Positions 1 to 7,820 of a DNA stretch of 16,783 nucleotides are shown here, piece by piece. The notes beneath the pieces are model-generated. The model was given only the letters and a program-made list of their open reading frames with translations. It did no database searches and was not told where the DNA came from. The stretch comes from Pedosphaera sp. Lineage in GTDB: Bacteria > Verrucomicrobiota > Verrucomicrobiia > Limisphaerales > SIBH01. How positions within the stretch are numbered: position 1 is the first letter of the stretch; every line of letters starts with the position of its first letter. The DNA lies in assembly GCA_031414955.1 (NCBI GenBank), contig JANOQV010000135.1, forward strand, positions 1 through 16,783. The letters are read 5' to 3'. Both the position numbers and the translations under genes were made by a program.

Positions 1-543
1 GTGTCGGCCACGGGGATGGGTTCGAGGTAGTGATGCTCCTTGAACTTGGGATCGACGTTCTTATCCCAATCGAGCTGGTCCACGATGAAGTCGAGATCCT
101 TGTGCTTCGACTTGGGCATGTCCTTGACCAGCAGGCTCCACGGCACTTCGCGCCCTTCGACGAGATTCTGATACATACCGAAGACATCGCTGCCCCATTG
201 CGGCTCGTAGGTGCAGAGCGAACCGGGCGCGTGAAGAATGCACGGGTCGATGAGCCAGCCGCTGCCGGGCTTGAGGCGATAGGCCTTCGAGAGATCGAGG
301 ATGCCGTTGTCGCCCTTGTTCCAATTTTCGATGCACTGCCGCACCTGCGCTTTCGTCGTGCCGGGTTCAAAGCCCATGAACGTGTAGGGGAAATTATTCC
401 CGACGTTGTTGTGCTGCGGCGGAAAATAATACGACTCCGGCTTGCCTTCCTGTCCGACGAGCTTCGCCTGCGCCGCGCTCTGGTGCATGTGATGCGGGAT
501 CGGCCCCATGTTGTCGAAGAACTTCGAGTACACCGGCCACTTG
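1..543 (-). pseudogene. Internal fragment of a class I mannose-6-phosphate isomerase-like cupin gene (copy B); 5'-truncated at 543, runs off the left edge
   Basis: Not in the ORF track. Manual minus-strand translation gives KWPVYSKFFDNMGPIPHHMHQSAAQAKLVGQEGKPESYYFPPQHNN...ILHAPGSLCTYEPQWGSDVFG...LEPIPVADT with no stops. Cupin metal motifs HxH, KPE and HAPG are present. About 95% aa identical to the plus-strand copy. Confidence 0.85.
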
Positions 544-1028
544 CATCAGTCAAAGAAGCAGGCCGCGCTGGTCGGCCAGGAAGGCAAGCCCGAGTCCTAC
601 TACTTCCCTCCGCAGCACAACAACGTGGGCAACAACTTCCCCTACACCTTCATGGGCTTCGAACCCGGCACCACCAAAGCCCAGGTCCGCAAGTGCATCG
701 AGAACTGGAACAAGGGCGACAACGGCATCCTCGATCTCTCGAAAGCCTATCGCCTCAAGCCCGGCAGCGGCTGGCTCATTGACCCGTGCATTCTCCACGC
801 GCCCGGCAGCCTCTGCACCTACGAGCCGCAGTGGGGCAGCGACGTCTTCGGCATGTATCAAAACCTCGTCGAAGGCCGCGAAGTCCCCTGGAGCCTGCTC
901 GTCAAGGACATGCCCAAGAGCAAGCACAAGGATCTCGACTTCATCGTGGACCAGCTCGACTGGGAGAAGAACGTCGATCCCAAGTTCAAGGATCATCATT
1001 ACCTCGAACCCGTGCCCGTCGCCGACAC
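1..1028. repeat. Long imperfect inverted repeat (arms 1-491 and 538-1028)
   Basis: Manual codon-by-codon alignment: about 60 mismatches in about 491 nt (~88%), no indels, mostly synonymous (8 aa changes). Confidence 0.95.
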
Positions 1029-1395
1029 GCGCAAGGAAGGATTCGTGGATCGCTGGATCGTCTATGGCAAGGTGGACGGCGAACAGCTCTTCACTGCGAA
1101 GGAACTCACCGTCGATCCCGGCACCAAATGCACCATCACGGACACCGGCGCCTACGGACTCATCTGCGTGCAAGGTTCCGGCAAGATCAATGGCCAGCCG
1201 CTCAACAGCCCGAAGCTCATCCGCTTCCATGAACTGACCGAGGACGAATACTTCTGCACCGAAGACGGCGCGAAGCAGGGCGTGACCTTCGAGAACACCA
1301 GCGAGACCGAGCCGCTCGTCACCCTCCGCTACTTCGGCCCCGAGGTGAACCCGACCGCCCCGGCGATGGGCGCGTATAGGAAGAACACGTTCTGA
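538..1395 (+). CDS. Class I mannose-6-phosphate isomerase-like cupin protein (copy A), 5'-truncated; ORF-track start 508 adds 10 codons taken from the antisense of copy B
   Basis: HLHQ...GKPESYYF...ILHAPG cupin motifs, strong GC3 codon bias, stop at 1393-1395. Homology to copy B begins only at 538. Confidence 0.8.
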   Translation, partial: HLHQSKKQAALVGQEGKPESYYFPPQHNNVGNNFPYTFMGFEPGTTKAQVRKCIENWNKGDNGILDLSKAYRLKPGSGWLIDPCILHAPGSLCTYEPQWGSDVFGMYQNLVEGREVPWSLLVKDMPKSKHKDLDFIVDQLDWEKNVDPKFKDHHYLEPVPVADTRKEGFVDRWIVYGKVDGEQLFTAKELTVDPGTKCTITDTGAYGLICVQGSGKINGQPLNSPKLIRFHELTEDEYFCTEDGAKQGVTFENTSETEPLVTLRYFGPEVNPTAPAMGAYRKNTF

Positions 1396-1465
1396 ACCGT
1401 TTGGAAGCTGGCGACCGACAGGGATGCACAGTAGCCTTCCTGAAGCGACGGCGCAGTAACAACAC

Positions 1466-2581
1466 ATGAACACACTTTCGCGCATCACCATTGAAGGGTT
1501 CAGGTCGATTCACTCGGCCACGGTCGAGTTGCGTCCGCTGAACGTCTTCATCGGTGCCAACGGAGCTGGGAAGTCAAATCTCATCGCGTTTTTGCAGATG
1601 CAGAACTTCATGCTTTCGCGCGGATTTCAAACGTATGTGCAGACCCGTGGCCCCGGTTCCGGCCTTCTGCATTTTGGCCCAAAGATCACCCCAATCATGA
1701 AGGGGATGCTTGAATTCAAGAGCGACTCTGGCCGCAACGAATATCGTTTTAACCTCGCGCACGCGGCTGGTGACTCGCTCATTTTTACGCACGAGGAAAC
1801 GCAGTTTCATCGCGAGGGTTCTCTCCATGCATCACCTGCCATACCTTTGGGTCCCGGCGGGCATCGTGAAAGCGGCCTTTCCGAATTGTGGGCGGATGAA
1901 GATGCAACGGCCAGGTTCGCCAAAGGTTTCTTGAATCGGTGCCGGGTCTATCAGTTTCACGACACCAGTTTGGAATCTTTTATCAGAGGCCGGGCGAAGT
2001 TGGAATCATCTCCGTACCTGATGGCGAATGGCGGGAATCTGCCGGCATTTCTCTTAAAACTGAGGCAGGAAGCTCCTGACAGTTACACAGCGATTGTCCG
2101 AACATTGCGACTCGTACTTCCGTGGTTCGACGATTTCGTTCTGCAGCCAGAGGGAAACCCAAGAGATCAGGATGTCCTTCTGCGCTGGCGAATGGCTGGA
2201 CGTCCAGATTACGAATTCGGGCCTGGCCAGCTCTCCGACGGTTCGTTGCGTATCATGGCTCTGGTCGCACTTTTGTTGCAGCCCGAATCCAGAAAGCCGC
2301 TTCTCATCGCCATCGACGAGCCGGAACTCGGTCTGCACCCGGCGGCAGAGTCAATTATTGCCGGTCTGCTCAAAGCCGCAGCACAATCACGCCAAGTGGT
2401 GGTCGCAACGCAGTCCGCAACCTTACTCGATCATTTTGCTCCTGAAGATATCATCGTGGTCGAGAATGAAGAAGGTCGCAGTTCATTCACTCGGCAGTCT
2501 CAAGACACCCTGAACGTCTGGCTGGAGCGCTACACGATGGGGCAGATTTGGCAGAAAGACCTCATCGGGGGTCGGCCATGA
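1466..2581 (+). CDS. ABC-type/AAA_21 family ATPase (COG4637-like), 371 aa
   Basis: N-terminal 'LSRITIEGFRSI', Walker A GANGAGKS, signature-like LSDGSLR, Walker B/D-loop LIAIDEPELGLHP, H-loop variant VATQS. Confidence 0.92.
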   Translation: MNTLSRITIEGFRSIHSATVELRPLNVFIGANGAGKSNLIAFLQMQNFMLSRGFQTYVQTRGPGSGLLHFGPKITPIMKGMLEFKSDSGRNEYRFNLAHAAGDSLIFTHEETQFHREGSLHASPAIPLGPGGHRESGLSELWADEDATARFAKGFLNRCRVYQFHDTSLESFIRGRAKLESSPYLMANGGNLPAFLLKLRQEAPDSYTAIVRTLRLVLPWFDDFVLQPEGNPRDQDVLLRWRMAGRPDYEFGPGQLSDGSLRIMALVALLLQPESRKPLLIAIDEPELGLHPAAESIIAGLLKAAAQSRQVVVATQSATLLDHFAPEDIIVVENEEGRSSFTRQSQDTLNVWLERYTMGQIWQKDLIGGRP

Positions 2582-3255
2582 GCAAGCGCCTGCTGGTTTA
2601 CGTCGAAGGCGAATCCGAGGAGTTTTTGGTGAACAGGGTGTTGCGCAACCATTTGCTCGCGCATGGCGTGAAGGTGGAAAAACCAATTCTTGCCGCCAAG
2701 CCCGGCGGGTTGCGCGGAGGATTCGTAAGCTGGCCGACGGTCGAGGCGGACTTGCGAATCATATTCGCCCAAGATGCGGATCCAGATTTGCGCATCACGA
2801 CATTACTCGATGTGTATGCCCTGCCGAAGGAAGTTCCGGGATTCACACTGGCTGCCAACTCAAGCCGTAGTGCTGCTGAAGTCGATGCCATTGAGTCGGC
2901 GTGGGCGGCGCACTTCGGAGAACCGCGATTCGTTCCATATTTGCAACGGTACGAGTTCGAGGCGCTTGTCCTCGCTTGCCCTCCGGCTTTGCGAGCTATT
3001 TTTCCAACACAGGCATCTGCGCTTACAGACCTTGAAACAGCCATCGCTGTTTATGCTTCTGCAGAGGATATCAACGGCGGTCGCGATACGCATCCAGCGG
3101 CGCGGTTGAAGCAGGCAGCCCCAAGTTACGGACCGCTCAAAGCTTCCAATGGCTTGTTCGTAATCCAAGAAGCGGGTCTCGACCAGATTCGCCCACGTTG
3201 TCCGCGATTCGATGCCTGGCTTTCCCGATGGGAATCTTGGGGCGCGCGCGATTGA
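2578..3255 (+). CDS. DUF4276 family TOPRIM-like protein, 225 aa
   Basis: ATG at 2578 overlaps the ATPase stop (ATGA). Motifs LVYVEGESE, TTLLDVYALP, PYLQRYEFEALVL, EDINGG..HP and C-terminal IRPRCPRFDAWL match DUF4276. Confidence 0.85.
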   Translation: MSKRLLVYVEGESEEFLVNRVLRNHLLAHGVKVEKPILAAKPGGLRGGFVSWPTVEADLRIIFAQDADPDLRITTLLDVYALPKEVPGFTLAANSSRSAAEVDAIESAWAAHFGEPRFVPYLQRYEFEALVLACPPALRAIFPTQASALTDLETAIAVYASAEDINGGRDTHPAARLKQAAPSYGPLKASNGLFVIQEAGLDQIRPRCPRFDAWLSRWESWGARD

Positions 3256-3263
3256 GCCAATTT

Positions 3264-3432
3264 GCCTGTCCACCGCAAGCCGCAGCCGGACAGCGATGTC
3301 TTCGGCCTGTATCATCAAGAGGCCGTGCCCCCCCCGTAAAGCCTGCTTGTGAAGGACACACACCACCACTGTTGCTTCATCGTGAAACAACTCGATTCAA
3401 CGAGGCGCAGTGAAGATTGCCGATCCAGTTCA
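3264..3432 (+). pseudogene. Decayed fragment of the cupin gene (direct repeat of ~809-988)
   Basis: Colinear matches: cagcgatgtcttcggcctgtatca vs cagcgacgtcttcggcatgtatca (22/24); agcctgcttgtgaaggaca vs agcctgctcgtcaaggaca (17/19); cttcatcgtgaaacaactcgat vs cttcatcgtggaccagctcgac. Translates piecewise as KPQPDSDVFGLY and P*SLLVKD..FIVKQLD, with indels and a stop. Confidence 0.85.
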
Positions 3433-3458
3433 CTCGCGAGATCTGTTAAACCATCTCT

Positions 3459-4174
3459 GTGAAAAACACGACCAACGCACTCAAACGTGAATTCAAGCGG
3501 CTGTTCCGCAGCATGGATTTTGTGTCACGGCATCCGGCGCTAAATCGGCGCGGCAAGGAAGGTGAGCGGCTGGCGGAGGTTTATCAGCAGTTCGGGCAGC
3601 TTGGGGAATTTCTGGCGCTGCAATGCCCGCATCGCTCCGGCTGGCGGAGAGCGCGCGAGGGAAAGTTGGCGTGCAAGGTGTGCGGTCTGCTGCGCGGGGT
3701 GCATGAGCAATGGCTTTTGCTGCCGCGCCAGGGAAGGAAAGTCATCGGGTGGAAGGCGGTTCCGAATTCAAAGGAAACATTTGCGAACAAGAAGGCGACC
3801 ACGGTGGTCCACGACACGATTCAGTTCCACGGCGCGACCGTGACCGCTGACGTTCACAACTCGTATCGCTCGAAGCTCTTTCGCCGGAGCAAGCTGGACA
3901 TCGCCGTCGCCGCCGAACGCATCGTGCGCGTGGAGAGGACGGGATCGAATGCTCCTTCAGCGGGAGCCAAGTGCGGCTGCGGTTGAAGAAGCACAAGATG
4001 GGCGAACGTCCGCCGTGCGGCGCATTCGTGGCGGAACTGCCAAAGCGCATGTTGAAGAAATTTCCGCTGCTCGTGGAGTTTGATACGAAGGGCAATCTGG
4101 TCGGCGTGGACATCTTTCGGCCCATGCCAAAGACGCGGCGCAAGCCTCAGGGCAAGCGCCCGCGCGCCGCTTGA
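3459..4174 (+). CDS. Hypothetical protein (~238 aa) split by a 1-nt deletion near 3936; Zn-ribbon-like CPH...CKVC and a DUF2283-like C-terminal motif
   Basis: ORF 3459-3986 reads RIVRVE, then the -1 frame continues DGIECSFSGSQVRLRLKKHK into ORF 3971-4174 (LLVEFDTKGNLVGVDIF). Confidence 0.6.
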
Positions 4175-4199
4175 AACAGCGTCGCGCTTCCGGCGTAAT
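4171..4199 (+). promoter_or_regulatory. Possible sigma70 promoter for a leaderless transcript of the 4206 gene
   Basis: TTGAAA (4171-4176), 17-nt spacer, CGTAAT (4194-4199), then 6 nt to ATG 4206; no Shine-Dalgarno visible. Confidence 0.3.
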
Positions 4200-4205
4200 C
4201 GCGGC

Positions 4206-5543
4206 ATGGCCTGGCGCATTGAGGAATCGGTGGTTCGCGGCGAGATCGACAACCGCATGAAGGGTGTCGTGCGCGGACGGCTGTGGCTCGAAGGGATCGC
4301 GGAGCCGGTGAAGTTGCAACTCAGCGGCAACGCGCATCGCGACCTCGCTGGGTGTCTGCTCACGTTCAAAAATTCCAAAACGCCGGTGCCGATGCGAGGC
4401 ACGGAGAAGGCGACACCGCACCCATTGCCCTCACCCCCAGCCCCTCTCCCATCAGATGGGCGAGGGTGGCGTCGGACTCTCCCCGTTCGAGGCGGAGAGG
4501 GTGGTTTCGCCTTGGAGCAGCGCGGGCGCATTGGCGACCTCACGGCGTCGCGTAAAGTGCGGGTGTTTGATGTGCCGAACGCCGAAGCGTTCGCGATGAT
4601 GGATCGCGGGGAAAAGCCGCCGGAGCACATGGCCAACTGCCTTTATCTCGAATGGTTCAGCGAGGCGAACGGGCGCGTGGTCATCCAGAGCACGGATTAC
4701 GAACTGGAAATTTCCGCGCCGGAGTGGCGGCTCACGAAGGAGGACGAGGCGCAGCGCGGGCGCGACGCGGCGGCGGGCTGGGAAGGTTTTGTCGGAAAAC
4801 TCGACGCGGCGTTGGAGCAGCAGAAGCTGGGGCAGAAAGACCCGGAGGAAAAATGGGACGAGCATGATTACGAGCGGCTGATGAAGGAGTCCGACGCGCG
4901 CACGGACAAATACCTGGAGTTGCTGGAAAATTACGGCGACTCGGACGAGGCCGAGAAGCAAATCGCGAAGGAGATGGGCTGGGATCGCGAACTGACGCCC
5001 GAGGAGGCGGAGGAGGAATCACGGCGCATCGAGGAAATCAACGCCGCCTGCGAGGCCGCGCTGGACGAGCCGTTGCCGCCGCCTGATCCGGCGCGCGAGG
5101 GGATTGACTGGATTCGCACCGAGGATGGCGACATCGCGCACCCGCTCCAGCATCGCTGTTTCGAGAGCGCGATGAAGGTCTGGCATCAGTGCAAAGATTT
5201 GGGCTTGAGCAAGGCGGAGGACGACGATCTCGCGCAGTTCATTTTTGAATTTCAAACCACGGCGGTGAAGCTCGGCGGCGCGCTCGTCGGTGTCGCGGAA
5301 GGTCGCAGTTCGCGCGACGGGGCGTTCATCGTCGCCGCGTTGAAGCGTGCGCTGGATCATTTGCACAAGGCGCAGGCGGGGCTGGAGGCGGTCGCGAAGA
5401 AGAAGTCAGCGAAGACCAAACGCCAGCGGGACGCTGGCGGCACACCGCTGCCGGAGACGCTCGTCGCGGAGGCGCGGAAGGAGCTGCACGAGATTCGCGA
5501 GGGCGTGCTGAAGCTGATGCAGGAGTTCCGCGAAGGCAACTAG
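4206..5543 (+). CDS. Hypothetical protein, 445 aa (beta-rich N-terminus, acidic helical C-terminus)
   Basis: Long ORF with strong codon bias. Likely start MAWRIEESVVRGEIDN at 4206 rather than 4080, which overlaps the upstream gene. Stop overlaps the convergent gene stop (5540-5543). Confidence 0.8.
   Translation: MAWRIEESVVRGEIDNRMKGVVRGRLWLEGIAEPVKLQLSGNAHRDLAGCLLTFKNSKTPVPMRGTEKATPHPLPSPPAPLPSDGRGWRRTLPVRGGEGGFALEQRGRIGDLTASRKVRVFDVPNAEAFAMMDRGEKPPEHMANCLYLEWFSEANGRVVIQSTDYELEISAPEWRLTKEDEAQRGRDAAAGWEGFVGKLDAALEQQKLGQKDPEEKWDEHDYERLMKESDARTDKYLELLENYGDSDEAEKQIAKEMGWDRELTPEEAEEESRRIEEINAACEAALDEPLPPPDPAREGIDWIRTEDGDIAHPLQHRCFESAMKVWHQCKDLGLSKAEDDDLAQFIFEFQTTAVKLGGALVGVAEGRSSRDGAFIVAALKRALDHLHKAQAGLEAVAKKKSAKTKRQRDAGGTPLPETLVAEARKELHEIREGVLKLMQEFREGN
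4428..4501. repeat. REP-like palindromic element inserted in frame within CDS 4206-5543
   Basis: ccctcacccccagcccctctcccatcagatgggcgaggg (stem ccctctcccatc/gatgggcgaggg) plus a second hairpin ctctcc...ggagag (4477-4499). Resembles the 'ccctcacccc..ccctctccc...gggagaggg' intergenic repeat family. Confidence 0.75.
5421..5443. repeat. Short REP-like hairpin in frame near the 3' end of CDS 4206-5543
   Basis: Perfect 8-bp stem cgccagcg-gga-cgctggcg followed by gcac; translates RQRDAGGT, the typical read-out of the 'cgggacgc' REP family. Confidence 0.6.
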
Positions 5544-6685
5544 CGGAACGCCTGGCCCGGATTTTTCTGCGTCACCGGAGCCGCACGATAAAAGGTGATC
5601 GCGGTTCCATTCCAACGCGCGATGATCGTCTCTTTCGCTCCGCGCGCGGCGAAGCCATACAGTTCAGTTCCGCCCGCCCATGGAACGGCACCTTCTACTT
5701 TGCCAACGCGCGACAGGAAAAAATCACTGACGGGTGCCGCCACGCCGTCCAGCACCACGGGCTGGCCCAACTGCAACGCGGCAGCCGTCGTGGGCGGCAG
5801 CGGGCGGGAGGACGTGGCGGGCCGCGCCAGCATCCAATGCTTCTCGCCCTGTTCGGTGCCTTGCCAGAGCAACACTTCATTGCCCGCGTCATCGACGGCG
5901 GAGTATTCGTGGCGCAGGTAGCGCTGGCCGACGCGCGCGATCTCGACGACGGCGTGACCCGTGATGCGATAGTGCAAGGCGTTCAACTGGCCCGTGCTGC
6001 CGAGGGAAAGTTGCGCGGGCGGCAGCTTGGGAGATTTCGCCACGCGCTGGCAGCCGGAGCGTGAGAAGACGAACAGCATCAGCGGCACCACGAGCACCAC
6101 GAGTGCGAACATGCCCGAGCGCATCCTGCCCGCGTCGGCGTTGGCGCTGCTGAGATGGTTTAGCGCGCCGGATGGGATCGCCGACACGCCGAAGGCGCTG
6201 GAGACGGCGCGCATCGGGATGTTGAGGCCGCGATAGAACTCCACTTCCGCGCCCGTCCAACTCACCACCACCATCGTATCGTCGGACTCGGCGTTGAAGT
6301 AATGAGCGACATCGCCGAGTTCTACGCCCTCGGGAGCCTCGCCTTCGATCTCGCACACGAGCGATTCATCCACGCAGGTAACGGCCAGGGTTTTATCCTG
6401 GAAATAGATTTGATCGCCGACGCTTTTGAGCGCGGCTTCGGAGGCGCTCATGGGGCGGACCGCTTCGACGAGGGTGAACATTTTCCATTCCGGTCCCTCG
6501 TCAGTTTGCTCAAAGACGAGGGTGGCGCATCGCCCGTCGTCGCCGATCAAGTGAAACTCGTTCCAGTAATACGTCTCGCCCGCCTCCTCCATGGATAGGA
6601 CGACGCGGCCCGCGATGCGGTAGTTCTGGCCCAGGAACGAGCCGCTCATGCCGAGCCTCAGTGACGTGGGGTTCGCGTGGCGCAT
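5540..6685 (-). CDS. DUF4178 domain membrane protein (two DUF4178-like repeats around one TM helix), 381 aa
   Basis: LRLGMSGSFLGQNYRIAGRVV..YYWNEFHL is repeated as LSLGSTGQLNALHYRITGHAVV..YLRHEY; hydrophobic MFALVVLVVPLMLFVF (6065-6112) lies between. Starts 1 nt after the upstream stop. Confidence 0.8.
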   Translation of the reverse strand: MRHANPTSLRLGMSGSFLGQNYRIAGRVVLSMEEAGETYYWNEFHLIGDDGRCATLVFEQTDEGPEWKMFTLVEAVRPMSASEAALKSVGDQIYFQDKTLAVTCVDESLVCEIEGEAPEGVELGDVAHYFNAESDDTMVVVSWTGAEVEFYRGLNIPMRAVSSAFGVSAIPSGALNHLSSANADAGRMRSGMFALVVLVVPLMLFVFSRSGCQRVAKSPKLPPAQLSLGSTGQLNALHYRITGHAVVEIARVGQRYLRHEYSAVDDAGNEVLLWQGTEQGEKHWMLARPATSSRPLPPTTAAALQLGQPVVLDGVAAPVSDFFLSRVGKVEGAVPWAGGTELYGFAARGAKETIIARWNGTAITFYRAAPVTQKNPGQAFR

Positions 6686-6686
6686 G

Positions 6687-7820
6687 TCAGTGGAAAAAAT
6701 GCGGCACGAAGCGGCTCAGATTGCCGGTGATGCGGCGCGTGTCTTCGCGAATGCCCAGCCCGGCGGCCTCGTGGTCCACGATCCACACGCCGAAGATCGG
6801 GCGATGGCCGTCGAACTCCGGCAGGTGCGCGACGGCCTGAAAGACGTGCCCTTCCTCGCCGTATTCGCCGGAGGTTTCCTCCACCATCACGCCGCGTTCG
6901 ATGAGAGTGACATTGCTCCCCTCGCGACTGAGGCGCGGCTTGCGCACGTAGGAGCCGGCCAGCGGCGCGGCCTCATCGTAGGCCGGCAGAAGATTCGGAT
7001 GATCCGGGAAAAGTTCCCAGAGCACGGGCAGCAGCCCTTTATTGCTCAACAACATTTTCCAAACCGGCTCGACGAACTGCGTCTTGGACTTTGCGAGTTG
7101 CGGCGCGAACTCCTCGTGCCACATCCATTCCCACGGGTAGAGCTTGAAGCAGCGTTGGATGGGTTGAGCATCGAGGTCCACGAAGCACTGCGCGCGCTCG
7201 TCCCAGCCGATGTCCTCGACGAACACGCTGCGCGTGGCAAGGCCGGCCTGTTCACAAGTGTCGCGCAGATACAGCACGGTCTGTTCGTCCTCGGGGTGTT
7301 CTTTGATGCTGCTGAAGTGAAGGGCGTTTGGGCCACTGGTGGCAGAGCAGCGACGCCAGGCTTCAATCAACCGCTCGTGAATGGAGTTGAACTGGTCCGC
7401 ATCGGGAAACACATCTTGCAGCCAGAACCATTGCGCGACGGAAGCTTCGACGAGAGCGGTGGGCGTGTCGGCGTTGTATTCGAGCAGCTTCGGCTCTTCG
7501 CCTGGAACGAAGGCGAGGTCGAACCGGCCATACACACTGAAGTCGTCGCGTTCCCAAGAGCGGAGAAGCGCGGGCACGGCGTGCTCGGGAATGCCCAGTC
7601 GCGGCCACCACGCGTGATCAATGACGGCTTGCGCCGCGTCGAGGCAAAGGCGGTGCAACGTGTTCGCGGCGTTTTCGAGTTGCTCCACTTCTGCGCGCGT
7701 GAGTTCGTAGCACGCCGCCTCATCCCAATACGGCCCCTGCTCGTGAGAATGATAGGTCAGCCCGACTTCGGCGACGCGCTCGCGCCAGTCGGCTCTGGGT
7801 TGGCGAAGGTGTCTTTGCAT
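6687..7820 (-). CDS. Glutathionylspermidine synthase family (YgiC/YjfC-like) ATP-grasp ligase, 377 aa
   Basis: Motifs PRADWR, YWDE, YGRFDL, KLLEYNADTPT, DQFNSIHERL, FKLYPWEW, EPVWKMLLSNK, HPNLLP, KP..SREG.N, GIRED, SRFVPH. Start 7820 is coupled to the upstream stop (TGATG). Confidence 0.95.
   Translation of the reverse strand: MQRHLRQPRADWRERVAEVGLTYHSHEQGPYWDEAACYELTRAEVEQLENAANTLHRLCLDAAQAVIDHAWWPRLGIPEHAVPALLRSWERDDFSVYGRFDLAFVPGEEPKLLEYNADTPTALVEASVAQWFWLQDVFPDADQFNSIHERLIEAWRRCSATSGPNALHFSSIKEHPEDEQTVLYLRDTCEQAGLATRSVFVEDIGWDERAQCFVDLDAQPIQRCFKLYPWEWMWHEEFAPQLAKSKTQFVEPVWKMLLSNKGLLPVLWELFPDHPNLLPAYDEAAPLAGSYVRKPRLSREGSNVTLIERGVMVEETSGEYGEEGHVFQAVAHLPEFDGHRPIFGVWIVDHEAAGLGIREDTRRITGNLSRFVPHFFH

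Noticed and set aside
508..537. ATG 508 as the native start of the cupin gene
   Set aside because: These codons are the antisense of copy B (WPVYSKFFDNM), so they are not a native N-terminus.
30..782. ORF 30-782 (+) and ORF 550-1491 (-), which resemble each other
   Set aside because: Antisense shadows of the two cupin copies; their similarity just reflects the inverted repeat.
3381..3413. ETTRFNEA peptide resembling the ORF6N 'TKRFNEAV' motif
   Set aside because: The same bases align better, and colinearly, with the cupin gene (FIVDQLD) in another frame.
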